Shown: one piece after another, positions 36,432 to 46,789 of the stretch
How positions within the stretch are numbered: the first letter of the stretch is position 1
How the letters are laid out: each line of letters opens with the position of its first letter
Virus record (IMG/VR): IMGVR_UViG_3300011337_000669
DNA from: a virus
Taxonomy: Duplodnaviria; Caudoviricetes
Length of the DNA: 64,000 bases
Reading direction: 5' to 3' (one strand)
The notes under the pieces: model-generated
What the model saw: only the letters and a program-made list of their open reading frames with translations
Database searches by the model: none
Told to the model about the DNA's origin: nothing
Program-made: the position numbers and the translations under genes

Positions 36432-36974
36432 TATATTTGGGAGATGAAAAGGATTATACTGTTAACTCTATTACTTTTTACTTCATGTCAACTCTACGTC
36501 ACCGAAATCAAGGATGTCACGTTGAGTGGAAAGTACGTTGTTTCCAAATTGGAGATAACAAATGTCGACCAAAATCAGACTAAAGATGAGTCGTATTTGT
36601 TAGGGTCAACATACAAAAATTCCAAATTACCCGATCCGTTCAATAATATCAAAATCAATAATTTTTACATTCATTTCGACTATTCAACGGTAAGAATGAA
36701 ACTAGTTGGGGTCACTCCTTCAGGTGAAGACATTTGGTTTTATGGATTAGACCCCAATTATATTTTTTATAAAAATTTTGGAGGTACTCCATTTCACGCA
36801 GGATACATTCAATATCACTACACCACCAAAGACGGTAGTTATGTACCAATAACATTCCTGATTGAAGATGACGGATTGGAAACCCTCCAATTGAAATCCT
36901 CGGGGGCTTGGTTTACAGGTAAATTAGGGGAAAAACAAGTTATGACAATATCATTAACCCGAGTTGGTCCTTAA
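36432..36974 (+). CDS. Putative lipoprotein
   Basis: MKRIILLTLLLFTSC lipobox; preceded by TATATTTG. Confidence 0.6.
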   Translation, partial: YIWEMKRIILLTLLLFTSCQLYVTEIKDVTLSGKYVVSKLEITNVDQNQTKDESYLLGSTYKNSKLPDPFNNIKINNFYIHFDYSTVRMKLVGVTPSGEDIWFYGLDPNYIFYKNFGGTPFHAGYIQYHYTTKDGSYVPITFLIEDDGLETLQLKSSGAWFTGKLGEKQVMTISLTRVGP

Positions 36975-37270
36975 TAAAATTCAGGGTCAGGTATTGAATT
37001 TGGATTAACAATATAGTATTCGTTTAGAAAAGATATTAATATATCTTCATCTAATTCAATTTTTGTTTCTTCAAATGAATCATCCTCAAGGTCATCATCA
37101 AAAAAATCAAAAGATTCTGCGATTAAGTCAAATCCATAACTCTCTATTACACTATAATCTATTGTATCGATTCTTACAACATCTTCTTCATCTTCGATGG
37201 TTCTAAATGATACATCTACTAAATTGGCCTCATTATTAAAATAATAAGATACGATTTCCTTGATTTCCAT
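36971..37270 (-). CDS. Hypothetical acidic protein
   Basis: 99-aa ORF. Confidence 0.55.
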   Translation of the reverse strand: MEIKEIVSYYFNNEANLVDVSFRTIEDEEDVVRIDTIDYSVIESYGFDLIAESFDFFDDDLEDDSFEETKIELDEDILISFLNEYYIVNPNSIPDPEFY

Positions 37271-37411
37271 AACAATATCAATTTATAAACAAATATTAAA
37301 AAATATATGAAAAGTCATATTTTCCATAGAATTTAATAAAAAAACCCCATATTTCTATGGGGTTGAAACTCATTTGAGTCGGTCCTACGAGACTATCATA
37401 GGAGGGGTAAT

Positions 37412-38875
37412 TTATTTTATCACTTTCATTCTACTCATCATTTCCACAATTTTGTTTTTCTGATTGTGGAAGGATTCTTGTAAATCTTCATCTATTTCAA
37501 ATTCTTCCTCATCTTCAACTTCCTCTTCATTATAACTTGACCTCTGATATGGCCCTGCTTTACCTGGTCCTTCTGAGTCAAAGTCATATGGAGGATCCAT
37601 TTCACCATAAATTCCTTGGGAACCTGATACATCAACTTCATCTATTTCATCTGCGAATGCTGACTCCATGAACATGAAGTCCTCTTCTTCTTCCTCTTCT
37701 TGACCTCCACATTCTTCCATATACTCCGTAATTAAATCTTCACCGAACCAATCCTTACACAAATCATAAACTTCATAATAGAAATCAGAGTCTAACTCTT
37801 CTCCAATATGAACAAAAAAATCTGAAAGTGCAGAACCGATGATGTTGTCACCATATTCAAACTCATCACCAAAGTCGTGGCACATATCAAAATCTCCTTT
37901 TGCTGCTTCAATAAAAGATAATATGTTCGAATAAACTATTCCTCTCCTTTTATATCTTATCATATCCTCAGGTGCTTGTTCTTCCATTTCTCCTTCTGTA
38001 GGATATACATCTCCACCTGCCATCGGTCCGTCAGAAACAAAGTCATATGCAGGATTAATATTACTTAAATCCATATCAGGGGCATTTCCTCCTCCTGTAT
38101 AACCTTGTTCATCAATAGTTTCTGATCCTTTCAATAAATCTTTGTCGATAAGACCAACTCTTACTAAACGATTTAATAAAGTTTTTCTTGGTAGTTTTCT
38201 CAAATATCTAATTACAATCGGTGGAATATCTTCTCCATATTGTCCGAATAAATTATTTAGAATTTCATTTTCTTGTGGACTTGGAGTGAATGAAGCTCTT
38301 GCTCGAGATGCTTTCATCCCTCTTTTACCCATCTCATAAGGTTTTCCGTCTGTTTCATCTTCATCTATTTGGTCACCGACCTCTAAATCTTCAAACCCGT
38401 CATCTTCATTGTCAGGGTCTTCATATTCACCTTCTGATTTTATTTTTTTCATGTGGTGCATTTTTTCAAATGTATCTGTACTATTAGATGGACCTTCGAT
38501 GTAATCGAATCCCGCAGATGGGTTCAAATCTTCCTCATCATAGATGTCGTCTAATTTACCAGTGGCTTCTTCCATTTTTCCACTACCACATTGTTCACAT
38601 ATACCTTCACTCATTCTCATCGCTCCACACTCATCACAAACTTCTGTTTTTTCAACTTGTTCGTTGATTCCCATATTCGTATATTTCTTTACTTCACCTT
38701 TGTTGTTTACAACCATTCCGTCTTTATCACCAGCGAAATCGTAGGTATATAAAGGTTGGGTGTTAGAAACCTGTGGTTGCATGGTTTGGTATCCATTATA
38801 CAAACTTTTGTGTTGGTCTAAAATATCTGACTTCTCAGCTGCGGACAATTGTCCTAATCCAAAGTATCCTCTCAT
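37412..38875 (-). CDS. Large acidic low-complexity late protein
   Basis: 487 aa, very D/E-rich, CxxC pairs, preceded by TATTTATA. Confidence 0.6.
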   Translation of the reverse strand: MRGYFGLGQLSAAEKSDILDQHKSLYNGYQTMQPQVSNTQPLYTYDFAGDKDGMVVNNKGEVKKYTNMGINEQVEKTEVCDECGAMRMSEGICEQCGSGKMEEATGKLDDIYDEEDLNPSAGFDYIEGPSNSTDTFEKMHHMKKIKSEGEYEDPDNEDDGFEDLEVGDQIDEDETDGKPYEMGKRGMKASRARASFTPSPQENEILNNLFGQYGEDIPPIVIRYLRKLPRKTLLNRLVRVGLIDKDLLKGSETIDEQGYTGGGNAPDMDLSNINPAYDFVSDGPMAGGDVYPTEGEMEEQAPEDMIRYKRRGIVYSNILSFIEAAKGDFDMCHDFGDEFEYGDNIIGSALSDFFVHIGEELDSDFYYEVYDLCKDWFGEDLITEYMEECGGQEEEEEEDFMFMESAFADEIDEVDVSGSQGIYGEMDPPYDFDSEGPGKAGPYQRSSYNEEEVEDEEEFEIDEDLQESFHNQKNKIVEMMSRMKVIK

Positions 38876-39047
38876 AACTAATAGTTTTATTTATAAATAC
38901 TTTTATTTTTTCATTTTTTTCATTTGACAATTTTAAGTGTAAAATCTATTATTGTATTACACAAGTGAGATCCGGATTTTCATCCGATAGTATCTTGGTA
39001 ATTTATTTATCGCCTCAAACTACGGACTCACTTGTTATTTCTCTACT

Positions 39048-39302
39048 ATGACAATCAACGACTACGATATCGACGAATACGCTGAAGGAGCCATCATCTT
39101 GGATGGACTTGACGATGCAATCATTGGAATTGTTGAAGAGTTTGGTAATGGTCCAAGAATTCTTTACTCCAAAAACAAAATTCTCGGCATTCTCCGTGAG
39201 AGAGACTTGATGACTCATTCTGAAGCTGAAGAATTTTTTGATTATAATATCATCGGTCTTTATGCTGGAGAACAAAATCCAGTATTTTTGGTTTCCGAAT
39301 AA
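39048..39302 (+). CDS. Hypothetical protein
   Basis: 84 aa, DGLDDAIIG...AEEFFDYNIIGLYAGEQNP. Confidence 0.55.
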   Translation: MTINDYDIDEYAEGAIILDGLDDAIIGIVEEFGNGPRILYSKNKILGILRERDLMTHSEAEEFFDYNIIGLYAGEQNPVFLVSE

Positions 39303-39322
39303 TTTTTTATTATCTTTACGTC

Positions 39323-39997
39323 ATGATAAAGATAGATGTGAATAGCAAAGGTAGGACTGAACAAAATGTTTGGATATTCTCCGACCCTCACTACAACCAC
39401 AAAAATATATGCCGTGGTGTCACCAGCTGGAGAACTCAGGATGGTGAAATCCCGATCGAACAAACTCGAGATTTTCCAACTTTGGAAAAAATGAATTCCA
39501 CAATTGTTAACAACATTAATAATTGTGTAATGCCTGATGATACTCTCATATGTCTTGGAGATTGGTCTTTCGGTGGTTTCGAAAGTATCCGTGAATTTTG
39601 GGATAGAATCATGTGTAAAAACATCCACTTAATTTTGGGAAATCACGACCATCATATTGAAAAAAATAGAAATGATTGTCAAGAACTTTTCAAGAGTGTA
39701 TCTCATTACAATACTCTTGAAATAGGGCAATTTAAGTTTCGTTTGATGCACTACCCAATTAGTTCATGGGATGGTCTTGGCAAAGGTGTAATGCACTTAC
39801 ATGGTCACTGTCACCTTCCAACTCATTTAAGATTTGCTAAAGGTCAAAGAATGGATGTTGGTATGGATGGTCACCCTGAGTTCAGACCGTATAACATGAT
39901 GGATGAAGTTATACCACTCCTTCGTCATCGACCAAAAATTTCAGAAGTGGGAGAATATGACCACCATTTAGATAACATACAAAATAAAGATAAATAG
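39323..39997 (+). CDS. Calcineurin-like metallophosphoesterase
   Basis: SDPHYNH, LGDWSFG, GNHDH, HYP, HGHCH. Confidence 0.9.
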   Translation: MIKIDVNSKGRTEQNVWIFSDPHYNHKNICRGVTSWRTQDGEIPIEQTRDFPTLEKMNSTIVNNINNCVMPDDTLICLGDWSFGGFESIREFWDRIMCKNIHLILGNHDHHIEKNRNDCQELFKSVSHYNTLEIGQFKFRLMHYPISSWDGLGKGVMHLHGHCHLPTHLRFAKGQRMDVGMDGHPEFRPYNMMDEVIPLLRHRPKISEVGEYDHHLDNIQNKDK

Positions 39998-40189
39998 ATA
40001 TGGGAAATTGGTTTTTTCACAAAAGCAGATTCGTAAAATTCGAAGGAAGATACTGGATTATTCCGTGTATATCACTTTGGATTGACAGGTATTATTTCTT
40101 GGAGACAGGAGTTGAAACTCCTGCCTTTGGTATTCAGATAAGTTTTCTTAACTTTGCTTTTGGGATGACCATACAAAAACGATATTGAA

Positions 40190-40588
40190 ATGAAAGAACT
40201 ATTCTTATTGAGAGGATTACCAGGTAGTGGTAAAAGTACATTAGCAAAAATGTTGGTTGGTGATAAAGATTATCGCCACAAAGAAGCTGATATGTATTTT
40301 GTTGATGGAGATGGAAATTATAAGTTCCAACCATCCAAAATCAAAGAAGCTCACAAATGGTGTCAAGAAGAAATTGAATTCCTAATGAAGTATGAACATT
40401 CTTCAGTTGTAGTATCAAACACATTTACTCAAGAGTGGGAAATGGAAGAATACTATAAGTTGGCAGAGAAGTATGGATATAGAGTTCATTCCCTTATTGT
40501 TGAAAATAGACATGGGGGAGTAAATGAGCACGGAGTACCTTCTGATAAATTAGAACAAATGAAAAACCGATTTGAAATAAAGTTATGA
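40190..40588 (+). CDS. P-loop kinase (AAA_33/polynucleotide kinase-like)
   Basis: LRGLPGSGKST, EADMYF, VVSNTF, HGVP...MKNRFE. Confidence 0.85.
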   Translation: MKELFLLRGLPGSGKSTLAKMLVGDKDYRHKEADMYFVDGDGNYKFQPSKIKEAHKWCQEEIEFLMKYEHSSVVVSNTFTQEWEMEEYYKLAEKYGYRVHSLIVENRHGGVNEHGVPSDKLEQMKNRFEIKL

Positions 40589-41051
40589 AAAAGAAAATAT
40601 TTCAAGGTATCTCCTTAATTGGAGTGTTTACTTTAGGTATGTACACTGCAAGCCAATTTGTGTTTGGTACTCCAGTGGATACCCATAGATGGTTAATAAC
40701 CATCCTCGCAATTGTATTCCTTTTGTCATTTGCCGACGAAACAGAAAAAAAATAAAATTAAACCAAATTAAATAATATGTCACTACAAACACTAATTTTC
40801 AACACAAAAACCAAATCCGTCATAGTTTACGAAGGAGAACATCATTCAAAAATTCTTTACACTTTCCAAGACGTTCCAACCGTAAAAGTTTTGGACACAT
40901 ACTACGAAGTCATGGTTAAACAGGCAAGTGAAGAAGGAGAAATAAGAGTACCTGTAGGTAGATTTCCAGTCTCCAACACAAATATGTTAATCCAAAACTA
41001 ACATTTTCTTTTTTCCATTTTTTTTAGTACCTTTGGGAATACGATAAAAAA

Positions 41052-41486
41052 ATGGAATTTGACTTAAACATATTGAACGATTACATAGAGAAGGGTTTGG
41101 TGGTTAAAAATGACCACCCTACCCTTCCTTTGTCTATATACAACTACACCAGAAAAGCACAATACGAGAAATTGTGGGATAATATCACCAAAAGTTGTAG
41201 AGGATTAGTTTTGGATAATCAGGGAAATGTAATCGCCAAATCTTTCGATAAGTTTTTCAACTTAGAAGAACATTCTCCTCAAGAAATACCAAATGAAGAA
41301 TTCGAAGTTTACGAAAAACTCGATGGAAGTTGTATAATTTGTTTTTATTACAAAAATAATTGGATTTTTGCGTCTCGTGGTTCATTTACAAGTGAACAAG
41401 CTCTAATGGCAGAGAAATTATCAAAAAAATATCCAATCAAAATGTTAGATAAAAGTAAATCTTATGTATTTGAAATAATTTATTAA
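41052..41486 (+). CDS. RNA ligase (T4 Rnl1-like), N-terminal fragment
   Basis: YNYT, CRGLVLD, FDKFFN, YEKLDGS (motif I), ASRGSF, YVFEIIY then TAA. Confidence 0.85.
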   Translation: MEFDLNILNDYIEKGLVVKNDHPTLPLSIYNYTRKAQYEKLWDNITKSCRGLVLDNQGNVIAKSFDKFFNLEEHSPQEIPNEEFEVYEKLDGSCIICFYYKNNWIFASRGSFTSEQALMAEKLSKKYPIKMLDKSKSYVFEIIY

Positions 41487-41539
41487 AAAATAGTTATCCA
41501 TTTTTTCATAAAACTCATATTTATAGTAAAGTAATAAAT

Positions 41540-42502
41540 ATGAGAATAAGAAATAAAATTTGCCCATTTTGTAATGAAAAAATATCAACCATAAATCATT
41601 TGAAAAAATGTAATCCAATTGTAGATGATAATACCGCAATTCAATTAATGATAGAAAAAACATTCAATTGTAATGTAGTAGACATTATTAACGATTATAA
41701 AAAAGGATTATCATTACCTGATATTAAAAGCAAGTATGGTCTTAGTTACAAATACACCAAACAATTGTTGATATTATTTGGGGAGTCAACGAGAACCATA
41801 TCAGAATCATGTAATCAAAATAGATTAAAAAAATGTAAACAAACTGTTATTGATAGATATGGTGTTGACAATGTTAGTAAATCTGAAAAAATAAAAAAGA
41901 AGAAAATAAAAACATTTATATCAAATTATGGGGTGGATAATATATTCAAAACAGACGGATTTACTGAGTATGTAAATAATAAATGTATTGAAAGATATGG
42001 AAAAAAAAGATTAACCAATCCCCAAAAGATATCAGAAAAAAGATTAAATTTTTCTGCCGAAAAATGGGAAAGTATTAAATCAAAGACACGAAAAACAATA
42101 CAAGAAAAATATGAAAATGGTGAATTTACTGATAAATACATATCTTCTCTTGAATTTATAGTTTCAGAAGTATTTGATAGAAATGAAATTGAGTATACGA
42201 CTCAAAAATTTATAGGTGGGTTGTCATATGACTTTCATATTACAAATACAAATATTATTGTAGAGGTGAATGGAGATTATTGGCACGCTAATCCAATTAT
42301 ATATGAAAGCGATGAGACTATAAATTATGCTAATAAGGGACACATACCTGTCTCAGATATATGGAATAGAGATTTAGAAAAGAAAAATAATGCAATTGAA
42401 TTTGGATATACGGTTTTGTATATTTGGGAGAGTGATATAAATGAGAATATAGATTATATAGATGAATTCATATTATTGGAACTATTAAATTATGGCAGGT
42501 AA
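41540..42502 (+). mobile_element. Free-standing endonuclease gene (Vsr/DUF559-like PD-(D/E)xK) inserted in the RNA ligase
   Basis: CPFC N-terminus, RYGVDNV repeats, YDFHI..IIVEVNGDYWH...LYIWESD; own TATTTATA at 41518-41525. Confidence 0.8.
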
Positions 42503-43097
42503 GAACAGAATTGTAGTTGATTACGGAGATTATGAAGGGTTAGTTTTATTAGGAACCTTTGATAATAATGGGAAAGAATATGATATAGATATTTGGAGAC
42601 AATATGGATTTGATGTTGTTAAGAAATATGACGGCATACAGGATTATAAGACCCTTAAATCTTCTATCTCCAAAGAAAGGGAGGGTTATGTAATAAAGTT
42701 CAGAAGTGGTCTCAGAGTCAAGATAAAAGGGGAATTTTATGTTCATCTCCACAGAATCTTAACAGGGTTTTCAAATGCCCATATTTGGGAATATTTGAAA
42801 GACAAAAAAGACATAACCACCTTGTTAGATAGTGTTCCTGACGAATTTGACTCATGGGTAAAAAATACCGTGAAAGATTTGGTCGATAAATATGAAAATA
42901 TCCTGAAAGATTATACCGAAATATTCAACGAACTGAAATCAAAAAATTTGGATACAAAAGAATTTGCAGAAAATGCAAAAAGATATGAACATCCGTCAAT
43001 ATTATTCAGTATGTTGAATGGAAAAGATGTGTCTCCATTCATATGGAAAATGATAAAACCTGAATTTAGCAAACCGTTTTGGATGAAAGAATCATGA
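42492..43097 (+). CDS. RNA ligase, C-terminal fragment
   Basis: MAGKNRIVVDYG, LVLLG, REGYVIK (motif IV), RVKIK (motif V), YVHLHRILT. Confidence 0.85.
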   Translation: MAGKNRIVVDYGDYEGLVLLGTFDNNGKEYDIDIWRQYGFDVVKKYDGIQDYKTLKSSISKEREGYVIKFRSGLRVKIKGEFYVHLHRILTGFSNAHIWEYLKDKKDITTLLDSVPDEFDSWVKNTVKDLVDKYENILKDYTEIFNELKSKNLDTKEFAENAKRYEHPSILFSMLNGKDVSPFIWKMIKPEFSKPFWMKES

Positions 43098-44441
43098 AAC
43101 CGAGTTTAGAAAAAATATTGAGCAGATACATTGTTCACACAGGATTTTTTGATATAAATTCAGTTGAAAAATGTATGGAAAAATCTTATGATTTGGGGAT
43201 TGAGGAATTTTTGGAATGGTTATCAAAACAAGACCATTTGTCCGACAACATAAACTACATCATCGAAGAATGGGAGAACAAAAATAAATTATGAAATATT
43301 ATCTTTTGGTTTTGGCATTTCAAATTATGTTCAATATCTTTAAGGTGTTAGAAATAAAATACACATACGAGAACAAGTTGAGTCTATTGTTGTACAATTC
43401 CATTTACATTAACTTAGTCGCATTAGCATCAGTTTATTGGTCATTGGACCTTCTGTTTGAAGGTGATTGGTGGGTAATTCCATTTTATGTTGGTGGAAGT
43501 GTTATTGGAAAATGGATTGCCATGCGTCATGTTGAAAATATCAGATACAAAATATTCAAGTTATTCGGAAAAAAAATTAGTAAATTACAGAATAAACCAG
43601 TCAAAACAGATGAAGACTAACACAGAAAATAAGTTTGAATTCAAGGATAATAGACCTTTCAAAGAAAAGACAATAGATTTTCTACAAAGTCTTATGTTTT
43701 GGAAGGGTAGAAAAAAAGGAATGATTTTTACTAGAAATATTTCTTTGGACGAACTCCGTGCAGTTTTTTTTCCAAAAAATTTTTACGAGAAGTATCATTA
43801 TTTAGGATCAGTTCCTTACCGAGAAGATGGGAAATTGTTTAAAGCATTGTACCCTTTAGTTCTTGCCATGGACTATGAGGCAAAACCTAAATGGTGTCCA
43901 AGATGGGTTCTACGTTTTCTTCACTTGTTTGGTTCTGATAATTCCATAGTGAGAGTTCGTAATTTCACTTTACACAATTTGGAGAAAAAACTTACAAAAG
44001 GAATGATGATGTGGGATTACAAAACTAAGTGGACGGATTATGATTTGAGGATTTCAATCAACGCACCACAACATCTTCAGGATTTGGCAGATTACATCGA
44101 AGATGGATATTATTCTAAAGGAAGACAAGAAGAATTGGTTGGAAAGATTAAGGCTATCGATCCTGAGGCAAAAATAGTTTGGGGTAGTGTTGATAGATTA
44201 GTTGAACAGTACAACAAATTAAACAGTAAAACAGACCAAGACACTTATGACTATATCAGTTGAAATATTAATAGCAATTTTCTTTGCACTTCTAACACCC
44301 ATTGTTATTTCTATTATGTGGGTAAAAGGTATAGATTATATGCAAAAAAATCATCCCGATTACAAAGGATATGACTTATTTGATGAAGGAGAAGAAGATA
44401 AACCTCTTGACGAAGATGAAAAAGATGATATCAAAAATTAA
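43079..44441 (+). CDS. Four hypothetical genes (43079-43294, 43291-43620 membrane, ~43610-44263, 44247-44441)
   Basis: Overlapping co-oriented ORFs. Confidence 0.5.
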
Positions 44442-44525
44442 ATTGATTCTGAAAGATATTTGGTTGGGAATCACCCTATCCAATGAATTCAAAAATAACC
44501 ACCAACAATGGCCTAAAATTTAGTT

Positions 44526-45596
44526 ATGAATAAAATAGATTTACAATATCAACAACTCCTACAAGATATTCTTGATAATGGGGTGGAGAAAAAAACTAGG
44601 AATGGTGACACTATTTCAGTATTTGGTAGACAAATTCGTCACAAAATGAGTGAGGGGTTTCCACTATTGACTACAAAAAAAATGGCATTTAAGACGATGG
44701 TAGTTGAGTTACTATGGTTTTTAAGAGGTGATACGTCAATAGAGTATCTACTTAAAAATGACTGCAACATATGGACGGGAGACGCTTATAAGAACTATTG
44801 TAATCAAATTCCTGAGTATAGTAAGCAATTTACTATGTCTAAAGAAGAGTACATTGAAAAAATAAAAACTGATGATGAGTTTGCAGAGAGATTTGGAAAT
44901 CTCGGAAAAATCTATGGGCATGGTTGGCGTAACTGGAATGGGGAAATCGACCAAATATCGGAGTTAATTGTGTTATTAAAAGAAAGTCCTGATTCCAGAC
45001 GTATGGTTGTAAATGCTTGGAACGCCTCAGATTTACCTCACCAAGTTTTGCCACCTTGTCATTATGGATTTCAAGTTTATACACGAGAGTTGACAGTTGG
45101 TGAAAGATTAGATTTGGCATCAAAAACATATGGCACATTTGACCCATTTGATTTCGGTTTCGGAATACCTGAAAAAGTAGACCATAATCAAATAGATGAA
45201 TTATATCCGGTTCCCAAACGAGCAATTTCTCTAATGTTCAATATGAGATCATCGGACACTTTTCTTGGATTGCCATTTAACATCGCATCTTATGGGTTGT
45301 TATTGGAAATTATTGCAAAGGAAGTAAATATGGTTCCTGATGAATTGATTGGTAATTTGGGTGATGTACATCTATACAAAAACCACATTGAACAAGCAAA
45401 AGAACAAATGTATAGAAGACCTTATGATTTACCAAAAGTTCAAATCACCGAAAGAAATTGGTATCAACATGAATTGGTTAAAGAACATTTGGGTGAAAAA
45501 ACTTTCGATCAAAAGATTATGAGTTATAGGCCTGATTGTTTTGAGTTAATTAATTATCAGTATCATCCAACCATCAAAGCTCCTCTGTCCAATTAA
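44526..45596 (+). CDS. thyA: Thymidylate synthase
   Basis: TRNGDT, FPLLTTKK, ELLWFLRG, SRRMVVNAWN, LPPCHYGFQ, RSSDTFLGLPFNIASY, DVHLYKNH. Confidence 0.97.
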   Translation: MNKIDLQYQQLLQDILDNGVEKKTRNGDTISVFGRQIRHKMSEGFPLLTTKKMAFKTMVVELLWFLRGDTSIEYLLKNDCNIWTGDAYKNYCNQIPEYSKQFTMSKEEYIEKIKTDDEFAERFGNLGKIYGHGWRNWNGEIDQISELIVLLKESPDSRRMVVNAWNASDLPHQVLPPCHYGFQVYTRELTVGERLDLASKTYGTFDPFDFGFGIPEKVDHNQIDELYPVPKRAISLMFNMRSSDTFLGLPFNIASYGLLLEIIAKEVNMVPDELIGNLGDVHLYKNHIEQAKEQMYRRPYDLPKVQITERNWYQHELVKEHLGEKTFDQKIMSYRPDCFELINYQYHPTIKAPLSN

Positions 45597-45599
45597 GTC

Positions 45600-46428
45600 G
45601 TGCAAATTGTTATTCTACTCAGTAAAGATGTTCCTGAAGATATTTCAGAATTAATCTTGGGACACAAGTTGGAGGGTGGTTACTCGATAGATTACGCATT
45701 AAATTCTTTGGTTTCCTATCATAATGGTAAAGAAATTATTATATTTAATTTCACAAAGTACCTCGTATTAGATAACAGGTTTAGTGGATATAAAATAGAC
45801 GATTACGGAACGAAAATAGTTATAAATTTCAAATAAATGTTAAAGTTAACAGAAACACAAAAAAATCAAACTTATGAAATAAGTTTGCAATCTAATGGTA
45901 TTGTTGTCGGTTCATTTGTAAAAATTGATGGATTCTTTTATTATTACCCGCCCAAAGAAAGATTTTGGGGATGTTATTCAGAAGAATTTCTCAAGAGTTT
46001 ATCAAATGAGTTAGAAAAATTAAATTACCCAATTAATAAAAGTATTGACGAATACTTCGAATTACAAACATAGAATTATAATATGGAAGATTCGAAAGCT
46101 CGTTGCAAATGTGGTTGGCCTTGGATATTCCATTATAGTTCAAAAGGAAAAATGAATGCAATATTCAAGGCCAAGCTCCCACAAAAAACTATTGAAGATT
46201 ATATAAAAGGAGATTATTGGCTAAAAAATGAAAAAAGTTAAAGAAGTATTTGTAATTTTTAATCCTTACGATAATGGATACTATGATGGGGAAGGGTTCT
46301 TTCGAGGTATTCTATTTTGCAAAAAATATGTTGAGAAAGAAAATGCGATATTAGATATCGAAAAAATATTGAACAGTTCAATTGGAAAAACTTACTTAAA
46401 AATTGAAACATTACACACCAACTCGTGA
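45600..46428 (+). CDS. Small hypothetical genes (45600-45836, 45837-46073, 46228-46428)
   Basis: ORF track, co-oriented with thyA. Confidence 0.45.
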
Positions 46429-46772
46429 TTATGAAAGAAATTAGACCTTGGGGTTTTTTTGAAATATTATTAGACACTGATTATACCAAAGTGAAACAAA
46501 TTACGGTTAATCCAAATCAGAGATTATCCTATCAGTACCACAACCAAAGAAAAGAATATTGGACTATTGTTCAAGGTTCGGCGACCATAATTCTTGATGA
46601 TGAAAAAGTTTTCAGATATCAAGGGGAGTCAATTCATATTCCACTTGGGTCAAAACATCGAATAATGAATGAAGATGAAACACCGTTGGTGTTCATTGAA
46701 GTTCAAGTTGGAACTTATTTTGGTGAAGATGATATTGTTAGAATTGAGGATGACTACGGGAGAGATAATTAA
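46425..46772 (+). CDS. Cupin, mannose-6-phosphate isomerase type II C-terminal domain
   Basis: RPWGFFEIL, VKQITVNPNQRLSYQYH..R.EYW, HRIMN, IEVQVGTYFGEDDIVRIEDDYGR. Confidence 0.9.
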   Translation: MIMKEIRPWGFFEILLDTDYTKVKQITVNPNQRLSYQYHNQRKEYWTIVQGSATIILDDEKVFRYQGESIHIPLGSKHRIMNEDETPLVFIEVQVGTYFGEDDIVRIEDDYGRDN

Positions 46773-46789
46773 TCTCTTCCCGTTAATTC

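Larger units (their letters stand above)
11720..41035. promoter_or_regulatory. Bacteroidota sigma70-type -7 elements (TAnnTTTG)
   Basis: 11720-11727 (ssrA), 10614-10621 minus (peptidase), 30216-30223 minus, 33811-33818 (clpP), 41028-41035 (RNA ligase), each shortly upstream of a gene start. Confidence 0.75.

Noticed and set aside
41487-42499. Group I intron in the RNA ligase
   Set aside because: No recognisable P7/R/S core and almost no non-coding room at either end; kept only as an alternative to test by RT-PCR.
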